Shown piece after piece: positions 1 to 13,180 of a stretch of 64,000 nucleotides of DNA. Source of the stretch: Sphyrna mokarran (Eukaryota); contig JAGIQG010000040.1 in the NCBI GenBank assembly GCA_024679065.1, positions 5,208,001-5,272,000 on the forward strand, given 5' to 3'. A program made the translations under genes and the position numbers. Position 1 is the stretch's first letter. Every line of letters begins with the position of its first letter. The notes beneath the pieces were generated by a model that was not told the DNA's origin, did not search any database, and saw nothing but the letters and a program-made list of their open reading frames with translations.

Positions 1-188
1 ATCGCCTCCTTCATTCTGTGACCGTTCTATGATTGAGACACAAATTTTTATTTGGATGCCAACTTCAATTTCTAGTTTATAAGTGTTCAGAACACCAGCA
101 ACCTATCCAGGTCCCTCAATACCGACGGTGTAATTAAAAAAAACTGATTATAGTATAATATATATACATATATATATATATGCAAACA

Positions 189-423
189 ACAAAGGTCCCA
201 GCACTGATCCCTGAGGAACGCCACTTGTCATAGCCCTTCCATTCAGAAACATACCCTTCCATTGCTACTCTCTGCCTTCTATGACGGAGCCAGTTCTGTG
301 CCCACCTTGCCAGCTCACCTCTGATCCCATGCGACCTCATCTCCTGCACCAGTCTGCCATGAGGGACCTTTTCAAAGGCCTCACTGAAATCCATGTAAGC
401 AACATCCACTGTCCTACCCCATC
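189..423 (-). mobile_element. CR1-type LINE reverse-transcriptase fragment
   Basis: ORF 134-445 contains VDVAYMDFSEAFEKVPHGRL...WLRHRRQRV, typical CR1 RT. Confidence 0.85.
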
Positions 424-769
424 CGACTACAAGACACAGCCTCAAAAATAAGGAGGTGCAGATTTAGGACTAAGTTGAGGAGGAACTTCTCCAATAGGGT
501 TGTGAACTTAAAATCTGAGAATCACACAGAGCAGAAGAAGCCCTTCTACCCATTGTGTCTGCACCAAAAAAGAGTGAGAGATAAACAGGTCGGAAGAAGA
601 GCTTGTGGCGCTTGGAATCAAAGGTTATATGGAAAAAGCAGGACTGGGCAATTGAGTTGGATGATCAGATATGATCAGCTCAAATGTCAATAAGATATAA
701 GCCGAGAATAATAAATTTGAGGGAGATTTCATCCATTGATATCAAATATATTTCCGGCATATTTCATAG

Positions 770-1500
770 AAATTTAGAAACATTGAAGTTAGGAGGAGGA
801 GAAAGCCATTTGGCCCTTTGAGCTGATCATATCTGACCATCCAACTCAATTGCCCAGTCCTGCTTTTTCCATATAACCTTTGATCCCAAGCGCCACAAGT
901 GCTATATCCAGCCGTCTCTTGTATGCATTCAATGTTTTGGCATCAACAATGAATTCCACAGGCTCACCACTCCTTGGGTGAAGAAATCTGTCCTCACCTC
1001 TGTCCTAAATGATTTACCCTGAATCCTCGGACTGTGACATTGGTTTTGGACTTCCACAGCATCGGGAAAATCTTCCCCGCATCTACCCTGTTTAGACCTG
1101 TTAGAATTTGAGTCTCTTTGAGAACGCCCACTTCCCTTCTCTACTATTCATCTGAACTTCAGCGAAAACTATCTTAACTTCGTGAATCTCTCCTCTTACA
1201 TCAGTCCCGCCATCCTCGGAATCAGCCTGGTAAACTTGTGTTGCACTCCCTCGAATGCAAGAACTTCCTTCCTCAGAGAGGGAGAACAAAACTGCAGACA
1301 ATATTCTAACCGTGAACTCATCAAAGCCCTGCATAGTTGCAACAACACATCCCTGCTCCTGTATTCTAAACCTCTCTCAATGAAGGCCTTCTTTACTGCC
1401 TACTTACCTGTACACTTACCTTCAGTGACTGGTGCACAAGGACACCCAGGTCCCGCTGCACACTTCCCTCTCCCAATTTACAGCCATTCAAGTAGTATTC
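770..1500 (-). mobile_element. Decayed CR1 LINE 3' portion
   Basis: Minus-strand fragments such as YYLNGCKLGEGSVQRDLGVLVHQSLKVS, plus a CR1-like 3' tail near 770-830. Confidence 0.8.
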
Positions 1501-2006
1501 TGAATTCAAATCTAATTCAAAATGCATGAGAGAATTTGGACAATTTTGTAAAATTTGCAATATAAACATGGGCATAGCCTAAGACAAATAACAACCGACA
1601 GCGTCTCTAATGGATTACACGCCAAATAAAGTTGAAGGAAGAAAACAATGCCAATATTGTATAAACAGGCACCGGAATATGAACAGATATGAGGCATCAG
1701 TGTGGTATTAGCTCAGACACTAGTTTGTGTCTTGTGAGAAGAAATACGGTCTGGTCAGTTGTTAACCAAGGCAGGGCCTGCTGTAATCGAAACAAGGAGA
1801 TTGTCTCAAAAACGAATACATGAAACACAAGTTATAATAGGAAAATAGAGCATAGAGTAAAGTTCAGTACAGTATTTACACCGAACAACGCAATATTTAC
1901 TGACAAGATAGTTTTGTGTAATCTTTTGAATTGCGTGTAAAAATAATTCCTGAGCAATTCTGTTCTGAATGGAACTGAACATTCCAGGTAGAAATTCTGA
2001 ACTCTC

Positions 2007-2021
2007 CCACAAGGTGGCAGC
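2007..2021 (+). promoter_or_regulatory. CTCF-like binding site
   Basis: CCACAAGGTGGCAGC matches the CTCF core; about 420 bp beyond the V1 RSS. Confidence 0.6.
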
Positions 2022-2442
2022 AAGGCTCAGCACCTACTGCTTTTCAGCGGTGTGTTTGGATAATATTTCCACACCTCTGTAACAGTGAGGGACAATTTAC
2101 ACGTTTCATTTACTTATCAACTGGCGTAAGCCTGTTTCCATTGCAGGCTGATATTTTAAACAGTGTTACTTTCCGTTTACCCTATTTCACTGCATCGACA
2201 GAGCTAATTTCAGGAAACTAACCGGAGTTTGTGTTGTAACTGGTTGGCAGCTAATTTTGCAGCCACGACGTGAATGCAATAATCAGGCAGAAGGAATGTT
2301 CGATTTGTGCTGTTTCTGATGGTATTTCTGCTCATTGTTCTCTGGGTCTTTGTGCATAGGAACCTATTCCAGTGTCAGTGTGTGACTGGGCTGTTGTAAA
2401 CAGTCCTCAGCAGGCAGCAGCTGTGACCCAGAAACCTGCGGC

Positions 2443-2481
2443 AGTTTTTGTACGAGAATTTCACTCGTTCCCATCACTGTG
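2443..2481 (-). other. 23-RSS of V1
   Basis: CACAGTG + 23 bp + ACAAAAACT. Confidence 0.95.
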
Positions 2482-3499
2482 AGACTCTGTGCACAGTAAT
2501 AGACCGCGGTGTCAGACAATCGCAGCTCCGAGATTCTTAATCGGTACAACCTCTCTAACCGATAAATTCTATCTGAAAACCGGGTCCGAGCGAAATCGGC
2601 CTTGTATTCATAATTGTCGCTCAGGTCCCGGCGGACTGCAAACTCAGGCTGTCTGCCTGGATACTGACGGTACCAGAATAAATAATCAGCATCGGCGGTA
2701 AAGGTGCAGCTTAAAGTGACATATGTTCCCTCTGCCGATGTGAGTGAGGATTCCCGCTGAGTAACAGAGTCTCCATCGCTCTGACCTGGAACACACAGTT
2801 AAAAAAGTGAAATGATTAACTGAACTGAAATGTGACTATTAGTGGTTAGTATTACATACAAAAAGTTGGAGTGCAGACTTAGAAAAAAAGCTTTCTGTAA
2901 AATTGACCTGTCTGTTTTACATCCTAGAGAGGGCAATTCACATTACTTCGTCTCAATCTCTCAGAATTTTCATCCATTTCTTTCTCCAACATCTCTTTAT
3001 TTAGCTTCCCTTGTGGTAATTACAGAATATAAAGACAGTTTGTGTCCACAAAGTCCTTTTGCATCTTTTTGAATCATTGTATTTCTCATAATCAGTGATC
3101 AGGAAGTGAAAAGAACTCTGCAACACTAACCTGTTGACCACCTTTCAATCACATTTGAATCACCTTCAATCACAATAACCCCCTTTCAATCACATCTGGC
3201 AGGCTATCCCTCCAGCCTCGCTTTGCGAGATAAAATAACCTCAGCTAGCACAATTATTTCTGATACTAGCTCACGCCAATTGCCTTATCACCTTCTTAAA
3301 GATTCTTTCTCATATTCTCCTGAGCCCTTACATTATTTCCTAACACTCCTCATGCGATCTGACCAAGTTTCGATACACGTGATAAATAGACTATTTATTT
3401 TCAAATATAATTCCCTGAAATTAATCTTCATTTAAAAATCTTAAATTTCTTACCGACACAGAAAGCTGCCCAGAGCACGGCGAGAATGGGGATCCGCAT
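2482..3499 (-). CDS. TCR alpha/delta V segment V1 (intact, delta-like)
   Basis: Leader exon 3499-3454 (MRIPILAVLWAAFCV, donor GTAAGA). V exon 2785-2482 is open: DSVTQRESSL...LSC...LFWYRQYPGRQPEF...DTAVYYCAQS. Followed by a 23-RSS. Confidence 0.92.
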
Positions 3500-3595
3500 C
3501 GCTGCTGCTGTGTCAGAAAGGTGCAGAATAGAGAATTGTAAGAGAGCAAATGTCACCTCTTGCAGGACAACACAGACTCAGAGCAGCCACAGTTC

Positions 3596-3610
3596 TGATG
3601 TCACTTCCTC
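3596..3610 (-). promoter_or_regulatory. ETS + CRE-like decamer in the V1 promoter
   Basis: Minus strand GAGGAAGTGACATCA about 100 bp upstream of the ATG. AGTGACATCA is the CRE-like decamer known from TCR V promoters. Confidence 0.6.
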
Positions 3611-4109
3611 AGGATATCACACGGAGGGAGCTGTGGGAGTTGTCTCTCATCACTCTAATGTTTCGTGACCAGGACTACGTGTTTATATAGAGGAACGCAT
3701 GCATTAATGCCATATCCCACTCATCAGAGCGTAAAGTTTCTGAATGTACGCAATCGGATCTGAAAGACATATAAACAGGAAAATCAACGCAATCTTTTTG
3801 TGAGGCGCTTGATGAAGATTCCGTTTAGTATTGAATAATTTACTGCCTCTAACAAAGTTGGTACGACCCTATTGGTCGGCAGAACGAAATAGATTAGCGA
3901 CACTTGCCATAGAGAGGCAACGTTATGTAATTTTTCAATGTTGCTTTGTTCCTGAGTTCAGTTCTTTGTAGATGAAACCTACTTGTGACAACACTATCCA
4001 GACTGTCTTGTGCTGTTCTCACACTGACCCTTCTCACTTGTCATGTTTTATTGGAGAGATTGCTACCCATTTTTTTTTATGTTTGTCGTTGTTTGGATCC
4101 GCAGTCCAA

Positions 4110-4700
4110 TAAGAACATAAGAAATAGGAGCAGGATAGGCCATCTAGCCCCTTGAGCCTGCCCCGCCATTCAATAAGATTATGGCTGATTTGATAGTGGT
4201 CAGTTCCACTTACGCGCCTTAATTCCCTTACTGGTCAAAAATCTATCTACCCGTGGCTTAAACACATTGAACGAGGTAGCCTCCATTGCTTCAATGGGCA
4301 GAGAATTCCAAAGATTCAGTACTCTCTAAGAGAAGAAGTTCCTCCTCAACTTTGTTCGAAATTGACTCCCTCTTATTTTGAGGCTGTTCCCTCTAGTTCT
4401 TCTTTCCTTTCGAAGTGGAAATGACCTCTCTGCCTCTATCCTGTCTAGACCCTTCATTATCTTATATGTCTCTATGAGATCCCCCTAAGCCTTTTAAACT
4501 GAGCACAGGCCCAATTTACTCAATCTCTCCTCATAAGCTAACCCTCCTCATCCCCGGTATCAGCCTGGTGAACTTTCTCTACACTCTCTTCAAGGCATTC
4601 CGCAAATAAGGGGACTAAAATTGTACGCAGTAATCTAGTTCCATCCTCACCAGCACCTTGTACAATTGCAGCAAGACCTCCCTGTTTTAATACTCCATCC
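4110..4700 (-). mobile_element. Decayed CR1 LINE 3' portion
   Basis: (TTCTTATG)-type tail and degenerate ORF2 C-terminus. Confidence 0.8.
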
Positions 4701-5598
4701 CCAATAGAGAAAGGATCTATATTTCTACCATGACGGAGAATTTCACATATTGCGAAAATATTGCGAACTTGCTGTGGAAGTATCACAGATCACCAATTAT
4801 TATATCACTTTAGATTAAGTAGATGTTTCCAAGTAAAATGAACTCTTCTTAGAACACCGCCCCAACACGGCTGTGGTATCCCAATTTTTTTTTAATTTAA
4901 CAAGTGCTGATGTAGTGATAAATATTCATTACCCAGTTCAACTGAGGAGTCGGTGCCTAAAACGATCGTTGTAGAGAGGGATCATTTTCCCACTAACTCC
5001 ACCCTGTAAACAAACCAAGTCCTTGTGTGCTCGGTACAGTTAGAACATGGGCATTTCTACATTCTGTGTTTCAGCTCTGGGGAGGGACAGCAAAGCGGAA
5101 CCCGGCTTTACACAGCAATTCGCTTTTATACTTAGTAAAGCAGCAGACATTACAAAATTAATATGAAAAAAATTCTCCTATCCACTACCGCTATTTCTGT
5201 GCCTTAAGCACTATATTGCTGCAGAGGTATAGCGGATTCGGTACAACATTGCAGATCGAAAATTCCAATTAATGTCACATGGAGCACTGCAGCAACTCAC
5301 TAAACGTTTTTTTTAGGTAGCACAATCCAAATACAAGACCACTGCCATCTAGGAGGACAAGGGCAGCAGGCAGATGGGAACACCACCACCTAGAGGTTCC
5401 CTTTCAAGTTATTTCACATCCTTTCCTGGAAATATAGCGTTATTCCTTCACCCTCACTGAGTCAAACCCTGGAACTCCCTCACTAACAGCAGAACGGGTG
5501 TACCTGAAACGTCAGGGACCGCAGAGCTTCAGGAAGGCAGTTCAACACCACATAATACACTCGATTATCTTCGTGTTGTTGGGTGAATTTCTGTGTCC

Positions 5599-6068
5599 TG
5601 TCGTGGTTCCCCAGGACGACAACTGATTTTAGCCGATTGGAACAGAGAGTCTGAGTTGTAATCCTCCAAGCAGTAGACTTTATTTTCTAGCACAAGACAA
5701 TAAAGCCGGGATGTCCGGAACAATCCAACGAACGACGCGCTTACAGTGTTTTTATGCTCACTACAGCTCCACACCCTTATCACATCTTCAAGGTTGGCTT
5801 TCTTAGCCACCATTGTTGTTGAGCCCGTCCTTTATCTACCTTTTCTGTGATTGGTCACTAATTGATGCATCTCTTACTCTATGAAACTATTGTAGTTACA
5901 ATCTTTGTCCTTGACCAAATCATTCTGTTTCTACAATAATTGTGGCTTAGTTTAGCTGACTTAAGTCAAATAATAAAATAGAGCATATTTACTTCATTCT
6001 TTTCTTTTAGTTATAATCATATTGAGTCATTTCACATTTTACTGCTTATACTACAATATTCTCTCACA
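5599..6068 (-). mobile_element. Probable solo LTR
   Basis: 470-bp insert with TGT...ACA termini and minus-strand AATAAA at 5679-5684. Absent from the paralogous copy. Flanked by a 75-bp direct repeat. Confidence 0.55.
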
Positions 6069-6501
6069 TTGAGCTTCAGGAAGGCAGTTCAACACCACAT
6101 AATACACTCGATTATCTTCGTGTTGTTGGGTGAATTTCTGTGTCCCAGATTTATAATAACGGTGTTGCTGTCTGAGTCTCGGAGGGCTATTCGACATCTC
6201 GTTTGTTAAATACGACATAAGATTTTGATCTATTCTGCATTTTGTTACAAGTATCCGTGCGCTTATTTGAGTTAACAATTCAGAAAGAACAGCCTACAAT
6301 TTTCTGTCTTCTTAACTCCACTGCGTCGTTCAGTTGGTAGCTAGATACTCATTGTTTCAATTTACTATATAAACCGCAGCATGGAAATTAGCATCTAGTT
6401 TTTCCGAACCGCTTCTCTGCCGATCTCAGTCAGGCGAAAATACTGGGTAAATAGACCTGACTGCATTCAGGAAACTTCGTGTGGCTGTGAACACTCGCTG
6501 A

Positions 6502-6539
6502 GGTTTTTGTATGGCGTTTAGCTGTAATCTAACGCTGTG
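6502..6539 (-). other. RSS of V2 (22-bp spacer)
   Basis: CACAGCG + 22 bp + ACAAAAACC. Confidence 0.93.
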
Positions 6540-7020
6540 CCTCACTGCGCAGTAATAGACCGCCCCGTCCTCCACATTGAGGGCGCTGATATTGAGGTAA
6601 CCGTTCTGCTCAGACCTGTCAGCAGCCGCCAGGTATCGTCCTGAAACTTCATCTTCCTTCTTTGTTAACATTTTAGAAATGATCCATGTCGGTGGCTGTG
6701 CCGGTTTGTGCTGATACCATTGCATGTAGTCCATATTCTGGTCTGTATAGTTACAGCCTAACTGTACCGAACCTCCTTCTGATGCGGTTATTGTCACTGG
6801 TGACTGAGTTACTGGATCAGCGCAGCGTCCGCCTGTGAAGATCGAGGAATTAAATGTCAAGAGTTAGTGTTTGTATCTGCGATAGTTTGAGGAACTTATT
6901 CTACGCATCGCACGGATCTTTCAGATTGTTAATTAAGTTGCCACCAATATGTTTATCTGGTTTGATGAACGTTTTCCAGTACTTACAGTGGAAGAGCGCC
7001 GCCAGTACGAGCAGAAACAT
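6540..7020 (-). CDS. TCR alpha-type V segment V2 (intact)
   Basis: Leader 7020-6987 (MFLLVLAALFH, GTAAGT). V exon 6832-6540: DPVTQSP...LGCNY...WYQHKP...DGAVYYCAVR. Confidence 0.93.
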
Positions 7021-7102
7021 GTCTGACTGAATCCCCCTCAGTGAATGGGAATGGAATGAGTCAGAGAAAGAGAGAAGACGGTCTTAGTTCAGCTGATTGC
7101 TT

Positions 7103-7142
7103 TGTGTGTGTGTGTGTGTGGTGTGTGTGTGTGTGTGTGTGT
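7103..7142. repeat. (TG)n microsatellite in the V2 promoter
   Basis: Direct reading; a shorter paralogous tract lies at about 10237-10258. Confidence 0.9.
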
Positions 7143-7263
7143 TTATGAGACAGAGAGAGCGGGAGGGCGGGGTGGGGGTGGTGGTGGGTGGGGGGAGTCC
7201 ATCGTGACCTCACCAGCCTCCCATCCATACAGGTTTAAGTTGTGACGCTGGGGTTTGAATTTG

Positions 7264-7277
7264 GCGCCGTCTATCGG
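7264..7277 (-). promoter_or_regulatory. CTCF-like site upstream of V2
   Basis: Minus strand CCGATAGACGGCGC; paralog at 10373-10386. Confidence 0.5.
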
Positions 7278-9635
7278 CAGATGCTGTTTAATTACACGCT
7301 GAGATTTTGATGTTGAGCGGATTCAGAGTTTCCTGTGACATATTCCCATCCTATTCATGGATTTGTCTGAATAGAGGGATGCGATCCCCGGAAGGGTGTT
7401 TTAGTTCACTTGGGCAGCATCGCCGAAAAGCCTACTCTTGCGCTGGAATTTTCTCTGTTTTTTTCCCTCTGTGTACCAAGACACAAGTGCTGCCCAGAAA
7501 TTTAAATCGGAGCTCTTCAGATACTGACTTCGTTACTTTTGATATGTATTTGGGTAAAGGATGCTAAATCTGCGGAAATCATTGCGAGAGTTCTCTGTTT
7601 AAATCCTGGGGAGGAGAAAATCGATTGAATGCCAGGTCTTTGCAGTAAAAGCAGATGTTCTAAATCGGAATAGCGCCAGGGATTAACAGGCTAATTTGGT
7701 ATTTTTTTGCTTATAAGCAAGAAGATAACAAAGCGACTTAATTGATGTGTTCAGAATGTTCCATTTTCGGGGAGTAGAATGTATGTTGAGGAAAAATTGT
7801 GAAACCACCGCTTCTTCTTCTGTCTGATAACGGCTGAGACAGTAGCCCAATGAGCCATGTCTGGAAAAAGTTTTTTTTTGTCTGGAGGAGGTCGGTTCAT
7901 AAGGAAAGATTCTCTTCTCTAGGTGCAGTCTAAAATTTGAATAAAGGGCATAAACAAAATCGTGATAGAATTCATGACCGTAAATGGTTAAACACAAACT
8001 TGAGTCCTGAAGACTGACAGGTGGGAGAATGCGGCACTTTGTAGTGAAACATCGCCGCCAGCAGAGGGAGTGTCGGGCCAAAATCCAGACTCCCAACAGT
8101 AACCAGCACCAATATTCATAGATTGACAGAATCATAGAAGCTTTACAGTACAGAAGAAGGATATTCGGTTCATCGAGTCTGTACTGGTCACAATCCCATC
8201 CAGGCCCTATTCCCATAACTACACACATCCATCTCGCTAATACCCCTGACACTTGGGCAATCCAGCATGGCCAATGAACCAAATGAAAACAATCAAAAGG
8301 AGAAATATCGAAACAGAAATAGTACATTAGCATTTATAGCAAAGGTGTGTCATTTCAAGACGGATCTATGAGTTGTCAAAGCTGGTATTTCTGTTGGAAT
8401 GCTAAAAATATTCACATTCATTGAATTGGCCCTCGGCACTGTTTGTATCTTGCATCGGGTAATATGTGTACTTTATTCGCAAAAACGCCCAGTTCCAAAG
8501 AGTCGAGTTAGCAAATGAGGGTGGATGTTTTCCTGGAGCTTTCAGTCCTCAAATGCAGAGGTGCTGAGCTTTTTCAACAAGTTTGACTTTTACCAGAGAT
8601 ATCTAAGCTGCTTTGGATACAAAGGAATGAATGTTATTGTCGGCTTGATCGTCCTGGGGTACGATTCTCGCTTTGGATATTTGAGGTCAAATGTGCGCGA
8701 AATCCCGAACGAGCCCGATGAATTTGTTTCCTATTGCTTAATTCACAGCTTTTGTTCATTTCTTTCCGGTGCAGATGGCGGGTTTGTTCAGGAGTGTAAA
8801 TGGAATGCTCCCTACTTACATGGATAATGTAGCTCCAACAACTCAATAAACTCGATACGAACCAGGACCAAACAGTCCGCTTGATCATTCACCACTCCGA
8901 AAACACCCACCCCTGCCACCATCGAGAAACAGCGGGTAACCGTCTGCACATTCTACAAGGAACACTGCAGCAACTCACTGAACTTTTATTTTAGGGAACA
9001 CAATCCAAATACACGACTACTGCCATCGAGGAGGACAACGGCAGCAGGCAGATGGGAACACCACCACCTACACGTTCCCTTTCAAGTTATTTCACATCCT
9101 TTCCTGGAAATATAACGTTATTCCTTCACCCTCACTGGGTCAAACCCTGGGACTCCCTCACTAACAGCAGAATGGGTGTACCTGAAACCTCAGGGACCGC
9201 AGAGCTTCAGGAAGGCAGTTCAACACCACGTGATACACTCGATTATCTTCGTGTTGTTGGGTGAATTCCTGTGTCCCAGATTTCTAATAATGGTGTTGCT
9301 GTGTGAGTCCCTATGGGCGGCTATTCGACATCTCACTTGTAAAATACGACAAAAGATTTTGATCTGTTCTGCATTTTATTACAAACATCCGTGGGTTTAT
9401 TTGACTTAACAGTTCAGAAAGAACAGCCTGCAATTTTCTGTCTTATTAACTCCACTGCGTCCTTTAGCTGGTAGCTCGATACTCATTGTTTCAATTTACT
9501 ACATAAATCGCGGCATGGAGATTAGCATCTAGTTTTTCCGAACCGCTTCTCTGCCGATCTCAATCAGGAGAAAATACGCGGTAAATAGACCTGACTGCAT
9601 TCAGGAAACTTCATGGAGCTGTGAACACTCGCTGA

Positions 9636-9673
9636 GGTTTTTGTATGCCGTTTAGCTATAATCTAACGCTGTG
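9636..9673 (-). other. RSS of V3 (22-bp spacer)
   Basis: CACAGCG + 22 bp + ACAAAAACC. Confidence 0.93.
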
Positions 9674-10154
9674 CCTCACTGCACAGTAATAGACCGCCCC
9701 GTCCTCCACATTGAGGGCGCTGATATTGAGGTAACCGTTCTGCTCAGACCTGTCAGCAGCCGCCAGGTACCGTCCTGAAACTTCATCTTCCTTCTTTGTT
9801 AACATTTTAGAAATGATCCATGTCGGTGGCTGTGCCGGTTTGTGCTGATACCATTGCATGCTGTACATATTCTGGTCTGTATAGTTACAGCCTAACTGTA
9901 CCGAACCTCCTTCTGATGCGGTTATTGTCACTGGTGACTGAGTTATTGGATCAGCGCAGCGTCCGCCTGGTAAGATCGAGGAATTAAATGTCAAGAGTTA
10001 GTGTTTGTATCTGCGATAGTTTGAGGAACCTATTCTACGCACCGCATGGATCTTTCAGATTGTTAATTAAGTTGCCACCAATATGTTTATCTGGTTTGAT
10101 GAACGTTTTCCAGTACTTACAGTGGAAGAGCGCCGCCAGTACGAGCAGAAACAT
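9674..10154 (-). CDS. TCR alpha-type V segment V3 (intact; recent duplicate of V2)
   Basis: Leader 10154-10121; V exon 9966-9674 open, ending YYCAVR. Confidence 0.93.
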
Positions 10155-12464
10155 GTCTGACTGAATCCCCCTCAGTGAATGGGAATGGAATGAGTCAGAG
10201 AAAGAGAGAAGACGGTCTTAGTTCTGCTGATTGCTCTGTGTGTGTGTGTGTGTGTGTGTTTATGAGACAGAGAGAGCGGGAGGGCGGGGTGGGGGTGTGG
10301 GGGGAGTCCATCGTGACCTCACCAGCCTCCCATCCATACAGGTTGAAGTTGTGACGCTGGTGTTTGAATTTGGCGCCGTCTATCGGCAGATGCTGTTTAA
10401 TTACACGCTCAGATTTTGATGTTGAGCGGATTCAGAGTTTCCGGTGTCATATTCCCATCCTATTCATGGATTTGTCTGAATAGAGGGATGCGATCCCCGG
10501 AAGGGTGTTTTAGTTCACTTGGGCAGCATCGCCGAAAAGCCTACTGTTGCGCTGGAATTTTCTCTGTTTTTTTCCCTCTGTGTACCAAGACACAAGTGCT
10601 GCCCAGAAATTTAAATCGGAGCTCTTCAGGTACTGACTTCGTTACTTTTGATATGCATTTGGGTAAAGGATGCTAAATCTGCGGAAATCATTGCGAGAGT
10701 TCTCTGTTTAAATCCTGGGGAGGAGATAATCGAGTGAATGCCAGGTCTTTGCAGTAAAAGCAGATGTTCTAAATCAGAATAGCGCCAGGGATTAACAGAC
10801 TAATTTGGTATTTTTTTGCTTATAAGCAAGAAGATAACATAGCGACTTAATTGATGTGTTCAGAATGTTCCATTTTCGGGGAGTAGAATATGTGTTACAG
10901 ATATATTGTGAAACCACCGCTTCTCCTTCTGTCTGATACCAGCTGAGACAGAAGCCCAATGAGCCATGTCTGGAAAAAGTTTTTTTTTGGCTGGAGGAGG
11001 TCGGCTCACAAGAAAAAATTCCCCTCTCTAGGTGCAGTCTAAAATCTGAATGAAAGGCATAAACAAAATCGTGATAGAATTCATGACCGTAAATGGTTAA
11101 ACACAAACTTGAGTCCTGAAGACTGACAGGTGGGAGAATGCGGCACTTTGTAGTGAAACATCGCCGCCAGCAGAGGGAAGTGTCGGGCCAAAATCCAGAC
11201 TCCCAACAGTAACCAGCACCAATATTCATAGATTGACAGAATCATAGAAGCTTTACAGTACAGAAGAAGGATATTCGGTTCATCGAGTCTGTACTGGTCA
11301 CAATCCCATCCAGGCCCTATTCCCATAACTACACACATCCATCTCGCTAATACCCCTGACACTAGGGCAATCCAGCATGGCCAATGAACCAAATGAAAAA
11401 ACTTAAAAGAACAAATATCGAAACAGAAATAGTACATTAGCATTGATAGCAAAGGTATGTCATTTCAAGACGGATCTATGAGTTGTCAAAGCTGGTATTA
11501 CTGTTGGAATGCTAAAAATATTCACATTCATTGAACTTGGCCCTAGGCACTGTTTGTATCTTGCAGCAGGTAATATGTGTACTTTATTCACAAAAGTGCC
11601 CAGTTCCAAACAGCAAATGTGGGAGGATGTTTTCCTGGAGTTTCAGTCCTCAAATGCAGACTTGCTGAGCTTTTTCAAGAAGTTTAGCTTTTACCAGAGA
11701 TATCTGAGCTGCTTTGGATACAAAGGAATGAATTTTATTGTCGGCTACTTTGTCCTGGGGTATGATTCTCGCTTTGGATATTTGCGGTCAAATGTGCGCG
11801 AAATCCCGAACGAGCCCGGTGAATTTGTTTCCTATTGCGTAACTCACAGCGTTTGTTCATTTTTTTCCGGTGCAGACGGCGGGATTGTTCACATGGGGTT
11901 TGGTTTCAGAACCTGAGCACAAATTGCAGAGAAACTATCAGCAAAGCGCGCTCGTTGGAAAATATTTCCAAAGGATTGAGTATATACGCGGACATTCATT
12001 TCGTAACCATTCACGTGTTCAGGGGATTGCCCGTTCAGGCAGCTAGCTGGATCTTCGTTTTTATGCATTAAATAGCTGTGGGTCACTGACCAGGCCAGCA
12101 ATTATTACCCATCAGTAATTTCCCTTGAGGAGGTGGTGCTGAGCTGCCTTCATGAAGTGTTGCAGTCTATGAGTTTAGGCACATTCATTGTGTTGTTATG
12201 GGGGTGATGGTGGTTAGTTATTCCAGGATATTGTCCCAAAGACTGAAAAGGAACAGAGATATATTTCCATGTCAGGATGGTGGTTGGCGTGGTAGAGGAC
12301 TTCCAGGTGGTGGTGGTCTTGGATTTAGAAACTATTGTCCAAGGTGCCTTTGGTGAGCACCTGCATAATCCAGATTAAATATGGAGTATTCACCCACAGT
12401 CTTGAATTGTGCCTTGCAGATGATGGATAGTATTTGGGGAATCGGGTATGTTACTTGCTGCAGG

Positions 12465-13180
12465 GTACAAGCAGAAAGCATGTAAAATCGTGGCTCCAAC
12501 ACACACCCCTCTCTGACGAGCTCAATGCATTCTTCGCTCGTTTTGAGCAAGAGGTCAACGAGAGCAAGACCATCACCCTAGAAGTCCTGGATGACCCTGT
12601 ATCTGGGGGCATCAGAGCAGCCTTCTCGAAGGTCAACCCATGGAAAGCACTGGGGTACCCGGACGAGCACAGAGATCCTGTATGGATCAACTGAAGGAGG
12701 CATTCACAGACATCTTCAACCTCTCGTTACAATTATTTGAGGTCCCTATCTGCTTCAAGAAGACGACTATCACCTCTGTACCTAAGAAAAAACAAGCAGT
12801 GTGTTTTAATGATAATCGGTGGCTCTGACTTTCATCATTATTAAGTTTCGATAGGCTAGTCACGGCACGAATCATTTCCAGCCTCCCAGACTACTTGAAT
12901 CCACTACAGTTTGCCTTTCAGCGTAACAGGTCCACAGCAGACACCATCTACCTGGTCCTACACTCAACTCTGGGACACCTAGATAACAAGGACATCCGTG
13001 ACACACTCTGATTTATTGACCACAGTTCAGCTTTCAACACTATCATCCCCACGAAACTCACCTCCAAACTCCGTGGCCTGGGCCTTGGCACCTCCCTCTG
13101 TGATTGTATCCTGAACTTCCTAACTCATAGACGCAATCAGTAAGATTAGGCAACAAAATCTCCTCCTCGATCATCCTCAG
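12465..13180 (+). mobile_element. Rex1/Babar-like LINE RT fragment
   Basis: Degenerate DELNAFFARFE, FTDIFNLSL...CFKKTTITSVPKK and LFIDxSSAFNTI-like motifs. Confidence 0.7.

Larger units (their letters stand above)
5284..8790. repeat. Segmental duplication copy 1 (contains V2)
   Basis: Near-identical to about 8962-11890; offset 3134 bp across the V gene. Confidence 0.9.
8791..11890. repeat. Segmental duplication copy 2 (contains V3)
   Basis: From about 8962 onward it is near-identical to copy 1; it begins within a LINE 3' fragment (about 8791-9230). Confidence 0.9.

Noticed and set aside
5341-5356. CTCF-like CTAGATGGCAG
   Set aside because: Lies inside a LINE 3' fragment, has a poor 5' half, and is altered in the paralog.
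7683-8333. 216-aa ORF
   Set aside because: No recognisable domain, includes SINE sequence, and is frameshifted in the duplicate copy (10792-11452).
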